This document shows, piece after piece, positions 1 through 13,057 of a DNA stretch of 64,000 nt (the first letter of the stretch is position 1; the number at the start of each line of letters is the position of its first letter). The stretch lies in NCBI GenBank assembly GCA_030390025.1, contig CM059432.1, forward strand, positions 124,188,001-124,252,000, read 5' to 3'. The notes beneath the pieces were generated by a model. That model made no database searches and was not told the DNA's origin. It was given only the letters and a program-made list of their open reading frames with translations. The position numbers and the translations under genes were made by a program. Source of the stretch: Squalus acanthias. Its lineage: Eukaryota.

Positions 1-480
1 GGGCAAAAGCTGCTGTCTCATAGAAATGTCGCCATTTACTCCAGAATTCAGTTGAGTCTGAGTTAAGCTTGTGGAAGCGGGAGGGGTAGGTTACCTGTGT
101 GACTTGGCAAAACATGAAGTGATTCAGTTCACTGGCTTTGATTGTGTACAATTTTTATCTGAAATAACAGCTTTGAGTGAAGCAATTAGAATTATATTTT
201 CCCTAAACTGCGCTGTTAAGAAAGGATTCTGTAAGCTACCAGTATCAGATAGAGATATCTTTTACATCCCATTCTTTTGTCATGGAGTCCATACCATGGG
301 GTTGACTATGGGCATTCCCATATAAGTCCTTATAATGCAGGCAGTCAGGAAGAGGGAATGATAGAGGCACGCTGGACAAGGCTATATCAAAGGAAAAGAT
401 GATAATTTTGGAGGTACCCTTCCATCAGAGTTTATAGACCACACTGCTCCCTTAAGCATGTATCAGAAGAAATCTGCTTC

Positions 481-1186
481 AGATTTGGGTGTCCTCGTGC
501 AAGAAACACAGAAAGCTAGCATGCAGGTACAGCAAGCAATAAGGAAGGCAAATGGCATGTTGGCCTTTATTGTAAGGGGGTTGGAGTATAACAGTAAGGA
601 AGTCTTACTACAATTGTACAGGGCCTTGGTGAGACCACACCTGGAGTACTGTGAACAGTTTTGGTCTCCTTATCTAAGGAAGGATATACTTGCCTTGGAG
701 GTGGTGCAATGAAGGTTCTCTAGATTGATTCCTGGGATGAGAGTGCTGTCCTATGATGAGAGATTGTGTAGAATGGGCCTATACTCTCTGGAGTTTAGAA
801 GAATGAGAGGTGATCTCATTGAAACATAACAAGATTCTGAAGGGGATTGACAGGGTAGATGCTGAGAGGTTGTCTCCCCTGGCTGGTGTGTCTAGAACTA
901 GCGGGCATAGTCTCAGGATAAGGGGTTGGCCATTTAAGACTGAGATGAGGAGGAATTTCTTCACTCAGAGGGTTGTGAATCTTCCAGAGGGATGTGGATG
1001 CTGAGTCTTTGAATATATTCAAGACTGAGATAGATAGATTTTTGGACTCTAGGGGAATCAAGGAATACGGAGATCGGGTGGGAAAGTGGAGTTGAGGTGG
1101 ATGATCATCCATGATCTTATTGAATGGTGGAGCAGGCTCAAGGGGCCGTATGGCCTACTCCTGCTCTTATTTCTTATGTTCTTATG
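481..1186 (+). mobile_element. CR1-type LINE, 5'-truncated 3' fragment
   Basis: Encodes CR1 ORF2 C-terminal peptides (ANGMLAFI..LYRALVRPHLEYCEQFWSPYLRKDILALE, RRNFFTQRVVNL) with in-frame stops. Ends in the tail ctcctgctcttatttcttatgttcttatg. Confidence 0.93.
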
Positions 1187-1224
1187 AAAGCAATGGCTCA
1201 GTAAGGAGACATAGAAGGAACTGT

Positions 1225-2107
1225 GGGGGAAAAATTCAGTTGGTTGCGCCACCCATTAGCGCCTTAAGAGGGCGCTAATGGGGCGCAAATCATCTAGCGC
1301 CCAGGCGCGGCGATGTTTGCGCCGCTCGCAAAATTAACTAGACATTTTGCGGCGGCGCTAAACACTACCGCCACGATCTCTTGCGCCGGCAGATCGTGAC
1401 GTCAGTCGAGTGCGCAACGCCCCGGTAGCGCCCCGGAGCGGATATTGAATGGCGCCCCCTGCCTTACCGCCTGACGCTAGCAACGACAGGTTGAGGGGAG
1501 CGTTTTGCAGTCATGAAGGGACTGGGGGAGCGCTATTTAAAGGCGACCGCTTCCTGCCTTTTATTGTTGGTGCCATTTTTGAACCACGCATTCTGAGAGA
1601 GAGGGAGAGAGACTTCTGGAGAGATTCAACGCTGTGTGAAGGAGTTTTGGGTACTGAGCAGCACTTTGCAGGTTCATTTTGATTTGCCCTTCCTTGTATC
1701 GATTTAGAAGAGACTGTGGGGGCTGCACTCCAAGCTCTTTCCCTGGTACTCTCCATTGTTCTTTCCAGCAGATTTGATGTGCAGGTCGGGATTCAAGGCT
1801 GCAATGAGTAGGATGTGGATGGAAAGCAAGATCAACCATCCACTTTAAGAACTGGCCGGTGCCATTGTGTGTGTGTTCCATTGCTGACTGACATCACATG
1901 AGCTTCGCCAGCGCTCTGAGGTAGCGCCTCGCTCCTCGGCCTTTGCGCCTTAAGACAGGTGTGAAGCGCCTGATTTAGCGCTCCAATCACCTCCAGGGGC
2001 GATAAAAGTCAAGTTTGCAGTCGGTGGCGATAATTAGCGCCAAGCGCTAATCTTTGCGCCCGGCCGATAATTGCGCCCCAAATGGGGCGATACTGAATTT
2101 CTCCCCC
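1225..2107. mobile_element. Non-autonomous DNA transposon (Harbinger-type MITE)
   Basis: TIRs gggggaaaaattcagt / actgaatttctccccc match 15/16. 3-bp TSD TGT at 1222-1224 and 2108-2110. CpG-rich interior. Confidence 0.85.
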
Positions 2108-3091
2108 TGTGTGTCTCATTGCAAACTGAGCTCCAAACATCCTCCCAAACACATAAACCAAAGAGCAGACATACTACGGAACACTAGACTTCATATCACA
2201 AAATGGTTTTATGTGCACAGGTATATTTATAGCAGGTGCTTACCTACCCTGATGCCCTTCTGCACTGTTCTTAAACCTATCCCGGTGATACCTGAGGTTC
2301 CAGGGACATCAGCGGTGCTTGGCTGCACCGTGGTATCATAAGACTCTCGAGACCGAGGCGGCTCTTATCTCGATGATTATGAGTCCTGAGAGAACTCTTC
2401 AGCAGGTTGTGTCAGTGCTATGTGTGGACAGCCATGTCCTGTACCCTGCCACCAACATGAGCTAGCATCTAAGGGGGGGCTGGCAAGAAAAGTCACATGA
2501 GCTGTCATCAGGTGAGAGGACAGCACCATGAAGGCCGGCTCAAGCTATGCTATGTGTCCTGGGTCCTGGATCTGTGTGCTCACTGATCAGTAGGAGGACA
2601 GACCCCAGTTGCTTGGCAGGTTTCCATCCCCCCGAACCCAAACCCAAACCCAATCACTCTTGCTCCATATCTCCATTAGGAGAACATCCATGTCAGAGTC
2701 CATGTTGTCGGCTGCTTTCCTTTTGGCCCTTATTACCATCCTGCTTGCTGAGTTGTCGACTTTCCTCTAGTGCTGCTAAAGGTCTTTTAAGCAGTAGCAG
2801 CAGCAGGTTTTATATCCTGCTGCTGCAGCACGTCTCTGCCTCTCTTATAGCTGCTTTCTGCCCTTCCTCATCTGTTAAACATTCAGAGCTCCATTTGGGG
2901 CCTGCGGCTAGGTTTAGACAGCCTGCATGTCTCTCCATATGCTAAATAACTGACGGCAATTTATGTGTGCCTTGCTTATAAATGTTAGATGGTGACCATG
3001 AGAACTATTATTTTCCTGCATGTTGGTATGGTGAAGGCTTAGTGATCCTGTGAAACATCATCTAGTTTAATATTAACTCGTCATAAAATTA

Positions 3092-3577
3092 GGGTAAAAA
3101 ATTCTATTTCTGAGACTATACTCGGCATTGCGAGAGCAGCACGCACCCGATCCAAGAGAACTGAGGATTGATGAAAATTGGTCCTTGGGCCGTATCAACA
3201 TATGCCGGTCCTGGCCGTGCCTCCACAGGCAGCTCAATGTCGGGCTGCCTACCTCACGGACAGCAGCCCTCAGGTAAGTCCAGGGAGGAGGGTTGGAGCA
3301 GGTTACAGGGTGGGGGCGATCGCAACGCCTGTGGAGTCATGGGCGCACTCCTACAAGTTGCCCTTAAACAGGTGTTAAGCCCCTAATTAACAAACTGAAG
3401 GGGCCAAATGATTGTTTTAGGCGTGCACCAGGACACCTAAAATACGGCCCCCACGAATTTAGTAGTGAGACCAACACCTGTGCCGTTTGGGTGGAGGCCA
3501 TCTCACTGCTAAATGGCATGCTTTGCGCCCATTTTACGCCCGAACAACAGGGCGCTACGCATCCCAATTTCTACCCC
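3092..3577. mobile_element. Harbinger-type MITE, degenerate
   Basis: Imperfect TIRs gggtaaaaaatt / aatttctacccc, with TTA on both flanks. Confidence 0.6.
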
Positions 3578-4159
3578 TTATATCTTCAGCAGCATAAGAA
3601 TCAAGAGGATCTGTTTTGCAAAGTCATTTTATATTATAATTGTGTATGCAACAACTTGGTCAGTTTACAAATCTGCAGCTTTCAGTTTAATTACGAGTAA
3701 AAGTAAGAAGAATATTTATTTTTAATGCGAATGTTTCGCCTAATGATTTAAAATGAACTGAACTCTAGGCATGAGTGCCGTGTTTGGTGAGTACTCAGCC
3801 CCAGACACATCCTGGCATTAGAGTCTTCTGCATTTTGGCTTCAGTGTATTCTGTCTGCAGGCTGTATATTTTCTTGTCCTCAGTCTTCATTAAGTTTTTG
3901 CCTTACCATTTAACTGAGGAAACTGGAGATGTACAATTTCAAAATACTTTAAAAATAAATAACTGCTTGGGATATGTACAGGGGTAAGTATTTACTATTC
4001 ATCATTGTCATGCCGAAAGTTTACTTCGCCTTCAAACTGGAAAAGAGAGATACAGCTAGGCCAGTCCCAGGAAGAGCAGCTGGACACCTTCCAATGGCTA
4101 CAGTCAGAACCTTGGAGAGCACACAGTAACGGTTTGCAGAACAGGCTCATGAACAAAGT

Positions 4160-4297
4160 ATTACAAAGTATTTACAGCACAGAAACAGGCCATTCGGCCC
4201 AACAAGTCCATGCCCAAACAGGTTTATGCTTCACACGAGCCTCCTCCCACCCCTTCTTCATCTAAACCCATCAACATATCTTTCTATTCCTTTCTCC
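4160..4297 (-). mobile_element. CR1-type LINE 3' tail fragment
   Basis: acagcacagaaacaggccattcggccc resembles the CR1 3' ends at 19001 and 28374. Confidence 0.6.
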
Positions 4298-4611
4298 CTA
4301 AAGGGCATCTGACAGGAATAAGTAAGGATGCCTTTGATAAAACTTATCACATCATAGCTCAACCACTTTGATTGTCTCTCAGGCAAAACTTTAAAGCCGC
4401 AGGGCCCCACACTTATTAAACATTTTTTTCTGACAAAGGGAAAAGAGCCAAGAAAGGAATCCAGTTGCGCGCAGAACTAAAGTGCTTGTATATGTGTGCG
4501 TGTGTAAATAGTGCACTATTTAACATAGGTGTAATACAGCCATATACATTATATAACAACATGCTCTTTTGTACAAATTTAGCACTTCTGTTTGCTATTC
4601 TACAAAATGTC

Positions 4612-4800
4612 CTTTAGGGAAGGAAATCTGTCCTCCTTACCCGGTCTGGCCTATATGCGACTCCAGACCCACAGCAATGTGGTTGACTCTTAACTGCCCT
4701 CTGAAATGGCCTAGCAAGCCACTCAGTCAAGGGCAATTAGGAATGGGCAATAAATGCTGGCCTTGCCAGCGACGCCCACATCCCATGAATGAATAAAAGA
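4612..4800 (+). mobile_element. SINE 3' half (tRNA-SINE family sharing its tail with the Crack/L2-like LINE)
   Basis: Body matches the copies at 5672-6116 and 60667-61056. The tail gggcaataaatgctggccttgccagcgacgcccacatccc matches the LINE end near 27700. Confidence 0.8.
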
Positions 4801-5449
4801 AAAGAAGTACAAGTCTTCTCTATCTGTCTGGATGTGTGTCCCATGGAGGCAGGTAAATGTATCATATTTTAATCAAAGGTAGATAAACTGAAGATGGGAA
4901 TATTGTACATTGGCAGCCACAGCCATTGTACTATATTATCAGTTTAATATAAATGAAATATCTGGGCCCTGTATGAAGTCTGTTCCTCCCTTCCACGTGG
5001 CATATCATAAGAGTGAGGACATGACTTAAATCAGGTGCAGAACAAATTTTAGAAAATTATTTGTTTTGTAGAATTATGTATTAAACTTTTATTAGTACAG
5101 CAGGACATCAACCAAGTGCAGGAAATAAGGTGAGGAATGAGCCCACACTGTAAGGATTCAACTATAGTATAGTATAGTATAGGAGATGGAACCATAACAA
5201 AGTCAACTATTGAGTTAGGATCAACCTCAAAGAGAAGCATCTGTGTATGGCAGCAGGGAAGGAGTCACATAGGCAGAGAACACCAGTCATGTTGCGTAAA
5301 ACAGATGAGCGTTAGGGTTGGAGTAAAACTTGGTATGCTGTGTTCAGATTTTTGGAGATCTGAATTCTTGTTTCTGGAGTTAGCACTGGGATTACTGTGT
5401 TCAATTTGAACCCTTGTCCTACTTTTTTATGTAAGAAACTAAAGCTTGG

Positions 5450-6260
5450 TTCCTTCAATGATCACTGGGTGAATGCACTGATACAACATGTGGTGTGATA
5501 CTGAGCCACATAGATGGGGAACAACCTAGCTTGTTCAGGGCTAAGTTAGCCAATCGCAGCTGAGGCAGCAATAATTAGCCTCAACAGGAAAGGGGGGAAA
5601 AAATCAGGTAGGTTCTTACTCCTGATAGCTTCCTAGTAATGTCTCCTACAATATGCAAATGCAGATTTTTATTTTATTCATTCTTGGGATGTGGGCATCG
5701 CTGGCAAGGTCAGCATTTATTGCTCATCAGAAGGTGGTGGTGAGCTGCCTTCTTGAACCACTGCAGTCCACATGGATTACAGCTTTTTGTAAAAACTGAG
5801 TGGCTTACTAGGCCATTTCAGAAGGCAGTTAAGAGTCAACCACATTGCTATAAGTCTAGAGTTACATATAGGCCAGACCAAGTAACAACAGCAGATTTTC
5901 TACCCTAAAGGACATTAGTGAACCAGATGAGTTTTTACAACAATCTGGTAGTTTCATGGTCACCATTACTGATACTAGTATTTTACTCCAGATTTATTTA
6001 ATTAACTGAATTTTGAATTCCTCAACTGCCATGGTGGGATTATGAACTCCTGTCTCTAGATCATTAGTCCTGGCCTCTGGATTACAAACTAGTAACATAA
6101 CCACTAAGCTACCATACTGAGCTACGTTGGGTGAGGACAGGTTTGCATTTAGCTATAATGCTCCCCCAGTGGAAAGCTTGGCACTGGATAAAATATCGGC
6201 TTGCTGCTGGTGACCCAACAGAAGCTGCCATCATCAGAAGGGGTAAGAGGAGAAAATTGG
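5450..6260 (+). mobile_element. Old SINE-like repeat interrupted by a younger SINE (5672-6116)
   Basis: Patchy similarity to 32390-32780 (minus strand) and ~50770-51060. Confidence 0.4.
5672..6116 (-). mobile_element. Full-length tRNA-derived SINE
   Basis: Minus strand starts with a tRNA-like head (ggtagcttagtggttatgttact...gagttcataatcccacc), shares its body with 60667-61056, and ends in a LINE-derived tail. Confidence 0.8.
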
Positions 6261-6487
6261 CGAAACAATTATCTCATTGTTGCCATTTTTCAAAATGGTG
6301 TTGATTAATGCATCATGAAACATCGGTATTTAAAACTCCAAGTAAAATTCGCTATTTCAAAGCTTTAATTGCACAAACTTTTTTTTTGCTGCCCTCAACC
6401 AACTCATCTGACATGAGAGAGCTCTGGAAGCTGCGACTGACTTACAAGATGGCGGCTACTTCACTGGTGTCAAGATGGTGACAGTAT

Positions 6488-6619
6488 AGGGCCAATTTTA
6501 CAAAAGTGCAGTCCTATGGGAGCCTCGCCTGCGAGGAGCACATATCACAAAATTGGGCAGCTGCTTCCAATATTTCCTTTCATTAAATCACTGGGACTGT
6601 GATTCATAAAATTGGCCCT
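6488..6619. mobile_element. 132-bp miniature MITE
   Basis: Perfect 13-bp TIR agggccaatttta / taaaattggccct. TSD TAT at 6485-6487 and 6620-6622. Confidence 0.85.
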
Positions 6620-6924
6620 TATGAGTGCTCTGTCATGTTTCAAATAGGATATTTTAACAATGGTAGAGTGAATTCTGCTGCCGTGAAATGAATTTGTAGC
6701 AAACGTGCAATCAACCTCGCCCCCACTGACATTTAGAAATGTAAAATGAAAGACAGACTTTCTAGAATAGCTCTCTAACTAAAGGCTCTTTTTATTTGAC
6801 AGCTGCATGGGTTTATTCTCCCCCAGAAAGTTCACGATTGTACAGGTGGTAGCAACTGCCATCAACTGAAAATCTGAGTTGCTCACAAATTACAGTAAGA
6901 AATGTTTTAGTGTAGTTAGAATTA

Positions 6925-7680
6925 GAGGCCGAGATTTTCCTCTATGACTGCGCCGAAATCGGAGAGGATCTCGGTGGCAATTGACGGAAAATGTGGGCAG
7001 GGAGGACGACTGCCGCCACACTGCCCCGACCAGCATTTCCTTCTCCCTTCTCCCGTTGGTGCTTCTGTTGGCTGCTCCTTCCCTGCCCATCACAGGGAAG
7101 TGGCAGAGGGGACGTGGGGCAGAGCCTGGGTGTCTGGAAGATTTCCCTCCTGCCTCACTTACCATGATTTCTCAGGGTTGCCATGGAGAAGGTGGCAGAA
7201 TGCCCTGGATGGTGGTAGCCATGACCTAGGGTTCCCCCAAAGGAGGAAGAGGGCCTACACTCCCTCCATTGCAGCCCCTATTTACCTTCTGGTGCAGGCT
7301 TCGGTCTATGCTGATGTATACCATGATGCCAATGTGCCAATCTTCCGGGACATTCTGCCTCTTGAACTTCCTGGTCGCCTCTTGCAGTGCTACGGCAGAA
7401 GTCCCGCTGCAGTACTGCCAGGATTTTGCGGTCAGGCAATGCCAGGATTTTGCAACCCAGCAAACTGGGTCAGGGCTCCCGAGGCATCAGAGTGGCAGCG
7501 CATGTCCTGCCCTCCCGGAACACCTCTACAGGGACGATAATCCCAGCAACAGTATCTCTATGAAGAAACTGGGCATTTTGAACAGAACCTCTCTGATTTT
7601 CTAAATGCAAGAAGAACAGCTGGGCTCGGCATAAGCAGCAGTGTTTCTGGAGCCAGCTAATCTACCTCAGAAATTGAGTC
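6925..7680. mobile_element. Probable degenerate MITE
   Basis: GC-rich block starting gaggccgagattttcc after TTA, like other MITE termini here. Right end not resolved. Confidence 0.4.
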
Positions 7681-9164
7681 TTTCCATAAGATCCTTAAAA
7701 CAGTGTCCCTTGCCCTTTTAACCAGCTACAGATTTTGATATTTATGTTGTACTCAGTACCATGCATGTGTGACTGAAATACACTGGCCATATTATTTATC
7801 AATAATCAACTATTGATAATCACTTGATAAGCAGAGAGTGAATACATTGCAATCATTAACCCTTCAGTGTGGATCTCATCATACAACAACAAATAAACTG
7901 CTCTGTCTGTAGCACCTATCATGAAAGCTACTGATGTCAAGAAGCCCTCTCAAAACTGGATAGAAATGATGGAACTTCATCTTCTATCTATATGGCAAAA
8001 ATTATAGATGTCACAGAGTAATTGAAAGAATTTAATCTCAACTGAAAATTCAGATGATGGTTATAAACTCTGACAGTGGAGACCGTCAGAAACCCTCACT
8101 GCGATTAGTGTCTTTTTAATCACTCCCACCTGTCCGTTAGATAATTTTGCAAAGTGAAATATTTACTCTGTTTGACACATCTTCCCTCCCTGAAGAAATG
8201 CAGAGTTTGAAGATTACCAGATACGCTGCAATCTCATAATAGCATCATCCTTGCAGAGACAAGCATTCTGTGCATCATAACGAGGTGGAGGCTACAGCGA
8301 TCATTCCCAACGTAGCATAAAAAAAACAGGAGCAAGCCAACAGCCAGGCTCCAGCAGCCCTGTGACAAAGACTACTTTATGTTGAAGAGCCTGATAAGGA
8401 ATGAGGTTTGGTGGAGTGGTCGTTTGCAGATGTAGAATGGACCACAAAATGTCACAATTGCCCAGCGCGACAACTAAAAAAAAAAACCACAATTCCATCG
8501 CATTTTGTTTATGAGTTAATAGATCTTGCTGGTAAATTGCGTTGCAGGTACAATCATAAAGCATTGCAAAATACAGAAGGGACACCTTTTGTACCCTCTA
8601 CAATTTATGAGTGAAAGATTCACTCCAAACAGTCACTATATTTCACAGTTAATTTGTAAACTAGTTATTAGCAAACATAAAACATGGAGCTGCTTATTTA
8701 TGCCACTGACACCTAGCTAGTGACATGACACTTGGAAACACAAGCAGCTGCAATACTGATTCAGACCTGATTTATTGGGAGCATCAGTTTTAAAGTAGAA
8801 TAAATACTTCAGAGAAATGAATACAGCTTGACCTTGTTGAGAGAAGTGAATGCAGTAACTTCGCTTTCGGCAAAACTCCCACAAGGGTATCGGTAATGCA
8901 TTTATGGTTTATGTAACCTTATCCAATTGAAAAGTCGTTTGGGGCAATTTCTGTCCCTTGTTGTGGGATCTAACCGTGTGGAAGATGTAGTGCGTGTTAT
9001 GAAGTATTAAAAAAGGACATTAAGATAGATCATCATGTCAAAATCAATGTTAACAACAGACTTGCTTTCAGAACATAAACTTCAGGAGCGCTTTGACAGG
9101 CATGGCGTCGAGCATGCAGCAGCTTTATATCTCTGAAGATTTTACACAACTCAGCGCGTGTAAT

Positions 9165-9934
9165 GGGGGAGAAATTGGTTAAGGCCTGTTTTTTGGCGTG
9201 AGCTCGTCGACACGTTCGATATGTCAAATTTTTTGTCTTACAATACTCCTGTGCAGCGCCTTGGGACGATTTACCACGTTAAAGGCGCTATTTAAATACA
9301 AGTTGTTGTTGTTGTTGATATGCACAGCAGAAGTCCGAGGCTCATCTCAAATTGAGCCTCGGGCCGTGTCGCCATTATTCTGGCGAGCTACAGACGCTAA
9401 TTGCGTATCCAGAGGCAGCTGGACGGTTAGCTCCACGCCAATTTGGGCTGGATAAGATGCCAGCAGCGGCCATCAGTTAGGTCCGAGGTGGCGGGGGCCG
9501 TGGTGGGGGGGGGGGCGGGCGAAGGCGAAGGGGCAGGGGGCAAGTGCGGGCTGTCAGCTGCTCCTCCTAGCTCCACATTAAGGCAAGTTAAAAAGAAAAA
9601 AAACTTACCGTTTTGTTGGTGTCCTCCAGCGGTCCCTTTACGGGCCGCTGGTTAGGCTGCATAAGAGCCTGAAAAACTGAAAGCAGCATGCCCATGTGCG
9701 TGCTCCATTCAGTTCAGCCGAACTTTGGGTGGGGACAAAAAACATTAGTATATGTAAAAGGAAAAAGTCCTGTTTCAGGCAGCTGCCAGGGACACTTCAA
9801 TAACGCCTGAACCAATATGGCATCAGACGTAATACCGACACAGTTCGGGAGAGGATCTTGGCATGGCAAAATTGGTGATTTTTGGCCCCATTTCGCGCCC
9901 GGAAAAACAGGTGCGACGGTTCAATTTTGCCCTC
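9165..9934. mobile_element. Harbinger-type MITE with nested L2 tail
   Basis: Left end gggggagaaattggttaaggcc is identical to the left end of the Harbinger at 56288. Right end is caattttgccctc. Confidence 0.75.
9232..9317 (+). mobile_element. L2 LINE 3' tail
   Basis: gcgccttgggacg...aaaggcgctatttaaatacaag followed by (ttg)n. Confidence 0.75.
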
Positions 9935-11147
9935 ATGGAACACAAAACAACAAGGCTTTTAGCAAATTATAGTTCTCATTTAAAAGTCGAACGAAGCTAA
10001 TATTAGTTTTAAATTATTTCCCCTCTTTTATTCTCTTTTTTGATTTCTCCTCATGTTTGTATCTATAATTTTACTTCTGAGTTTCGTCGTTTGCCAACGG
10101 GAGGTTGAATAATAATACCGAAGAACAGATTTCAACTTTACTGCAGAGTGACAACATCCAGCTCTTCTCTGGCAAGATGTAGCATGGAGATCCCTCTACA
10201 ATGACAACATGTCTAACCACCAGCCACACAAGAGCGCCAGCATGACATTTCCATTTCACACACTGTGCTTCTTTATGGCTTTCGGGCTCTCTCAGCAGAA
10301 AATCTCAATTTAGTAGCAGCTGTGCTAAATTGGAGTGTAATTTGCTACTGTGAACTCTTGCCCACTGGGGACTGGCCTATGACTATAAACTGGCAGTGAC
10401 ATGTCCAGTGGAGAGTTGTGGGAAGAAGGAGAAACCAGTTCATGTCACCTTCACTCACTAGTTGTAGGATCAAGAAAGAGCCCTCAGTTGCCGTCACTCA
10501 CAGCACTTCCACATTCTGCAGAGACTAAAAAAACTAATCTTCTCAGAGCCAATTTGCGTCAGCAGGTTTCAGCTGTGAGTCTGAGCAAGGTGCATCACCG
10601 AAGCTGAGCGATTGCCACTGAAACCAGCCTCCTGGGAAGGGGGCTATCATGATGCAATGCTTATGCCCCCTGCGAGGGAAATCGTAAAAGAAGTTACTAA
10701 ATTTCATCTAGGTTTTCATTTTCACCTGTGAATATTTTATTCATAAATTACTGTTTTCTCCCCTTACCCCTCCATTTCTGAAGGTGCTACATTAGGATGA
10801 GGTGTTTCACAGGCGCTGACTACCTCACAGTGCCTCAGCCAAACGGCCACACAAATGGGAGGCAAGGCAGTGAGTGTTGACAAGCTATTCAACCAGCCTC
10901 ATCCTGACCTCATTCAAAGTCCATGCACACTGACTTCCAGCAGAGATCCATAGATGAGAATGAGGGCAATTTTATTCCTCCACGGGCCAATTGTAGCATC
11001 TTTACCGGTTGGGTCGGATGGCTTGTTTGTGTGCTGTAAATTCTATGCAATTCCTTGCAATAATACTATACTTCGGCTATATCTGAACCACAATGCTCAG
11101 TTGATCATGCATCTGAATTTGTTTCCTGTGTATTGAAACAATGACAT

Positions 11148-11202
11148 GGTGTGTGTGTGTGTGTGTGTGTGCGTGCGTGGGTCTGTGTGTGGGTGTGTGT
11201 GT
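11148..11202. repeat. (GT)n microsatellite, imperfect
   Basis: Directly visible GT dinucleotide run. Confidence 0.95.
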
Positions 11203-11489
11203 AGACATGAGCACACACACGCATCTGTGCATCACAAGTAGCTTTAATTCAGTCCCTCTACTAAATGAGATTCCTTTCACCATGAGATAGCATTAAATAA
11301 AAAAGACAACACGCATCAGTGAGTTACATCTATGGACAGCTGTGAATCAAACATATACACAGCACCATTTTCTGAAATATAAATCTATTTTATTCAAAGC
11401 TTTTTTTACAGTAAGATTGGCTCAGCAAGGTGACGAATGTCGGTGTGGGGGGGAATTGAACATTTTACAAGTTTTTTTTTCCCCCCAAC

Positions 11490-11850
11490 ATCAGGATAAA
11501 CACTTCCAAGTCAGGTATAACATAGGTTGGATGTAAAGTTCCTTCTACTTTGCCCTAATAATCCACCTTGTCAGAAGGGTACCCTACTGGACTAATGTGA
11601 CATTTCCCATTATTGGGCATTCTTATGGATTCTCTAAGAAAGACTTTAGTGCCAATTCATGTCACATCATCAGTAGCTTTGCACTGTGGACTGAGACCCA
11701 CTAGAAATTGGGTTAGTCTGCTCAAACCCACTTCATGTAGGGACATTACAAGCAACAGAGAGAGGAGACTTTCACCCCATGAGCCTGTGCTAGGTTCAAA
11801 GCCTGAGTGGTGAAAGGTCAGAGTGCTAATCCATAGCACCACACAGGCCG
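11490..11850 (-). mobile_element. Ancient tRNA-SINE resembling LF-SINE
   Basis: Minus strand has a tRNA-like head and ordered motifs (cctttcacc, gaaagtc, cctacatgaagtgggtttg, ttctagtgg, aattggcac) that recall the LF-SINE consensus. Recognised from memory, not aligned. Confidence 0.5.
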
Positions 11851-12449
11851 ACCCACAATGCTATTCTGTGTGTTAATAAATGCACTCATCTGTTTCAAAG
11901 TGGGAGAACATGCATTTAGACTACGAGGCAGAGATGACCATTCTGCAAATGAAGCAGAAAGAAAACAATGAAAGATCAGCAATTCTTCTTAAATGTGTTC
12001 TTCCCACAGATTAGGATGCATTGTTTGTATATTGAAATTAGTCTGTATTCAGATAAGATGTGGAGTTGCTGATTGTTGATAAAAGCATGATGCTATTACC
12101 TTATTGTAATTTCGTGTTCCACAATGATTTTTTCAGCATAGTGCCTCAGTTTGAATTCATCTAGAACATTGATCCATTTAAATTGAAGAATTGGTTCTCC
12201 CGTGCTGATTCCCAGTCCTGCTGCTATGGAAACAATCCTGTGTTTATTGCAGGACAGTTGCTACAGCAGCTCGATTGCCATTAAAAAAACTGGGCATTAA
12301 AATTTTAAAAGGCACTGGTTGTCATGACATACTTTAGTATATGCTAGCCACGATCTAGAGCAAGTGGTGCTTCAGCCACAGAGTCACCAACAGCCATGTT
12401 TTTTGGCCACTTGCCATTTTGGTGTTTTCATTGGAGGCTGAAGCACGAG

Positions 12450-13057
12450 TAGAAATGACCAACTTTGGTGCTGCTCCCTATGCCCGATTTTAATCCTGCC
12501 CACTCAGCATGAACAGGACGGGCAAGTGTTAAAATGGCAGCCGGACACTTCCCACTGCGTTCTCGATGCGTTCGCACCTGCCGCCATTTTAACAGCTCTG
12601 CTTTTGGTTTCTGGATGGAAAAGTTCCAGGTGAAATACTTCAGTCTAAAGTTCTGTGTTGCAAAATATCTGATGTGGGGTAGAGCTTGGGGGGGCCAGGG
12701 GGGGGGGGGGTGGGTAGTGGGGGAGCGAAGCAGCCCAGCTCCTCCTAGCCCACAAGCAGTGCTGTAAAGGCATTTACCTTCTCCCCGAGGCTGTCCTCGC
12801 CTCACTTCAGCTGCCGGGTTTCCTGAGGTCTGGGAAACCCGCCCGCCCACAGTAAAACCTGAAGAGCAGGTGAAATCAAAGGCTTCCAGACAACCCACCT
12901 CCTGCGAGCGGGTTGGCTGCCCCGTCCCTTGACCTGCCTCCATAAAACCCAGAAGTCAGTGGGTTGGAGTCGGCTTCCTGACGCATTCGTAATTTTTCCC
13001 GATTTAAGCCCCCACCCGCACCCAATCCCACGCACTCACCCACGTTAAAATTCCCCC
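12450..13057. mobile_element. Probable MITE
   Basis: GC-rich block ending gttaaaattccccc, like other MITE termini. Left end decayed. Confidence 0.5.

Noticed and set aside
6944..7540. 198-aa ORF
   Set aside because: It has no recognisable domain and lies in a GC-rich probable MITE, where long ORFs arise by chance.
8100..8190. Possible downstream final exon of the CCDC102 gene (acceptor near 8190)
   Set aside because: The translation REGRCVKQSKYF.. shows no resemblance to the CCDC102A-type acidic tail.
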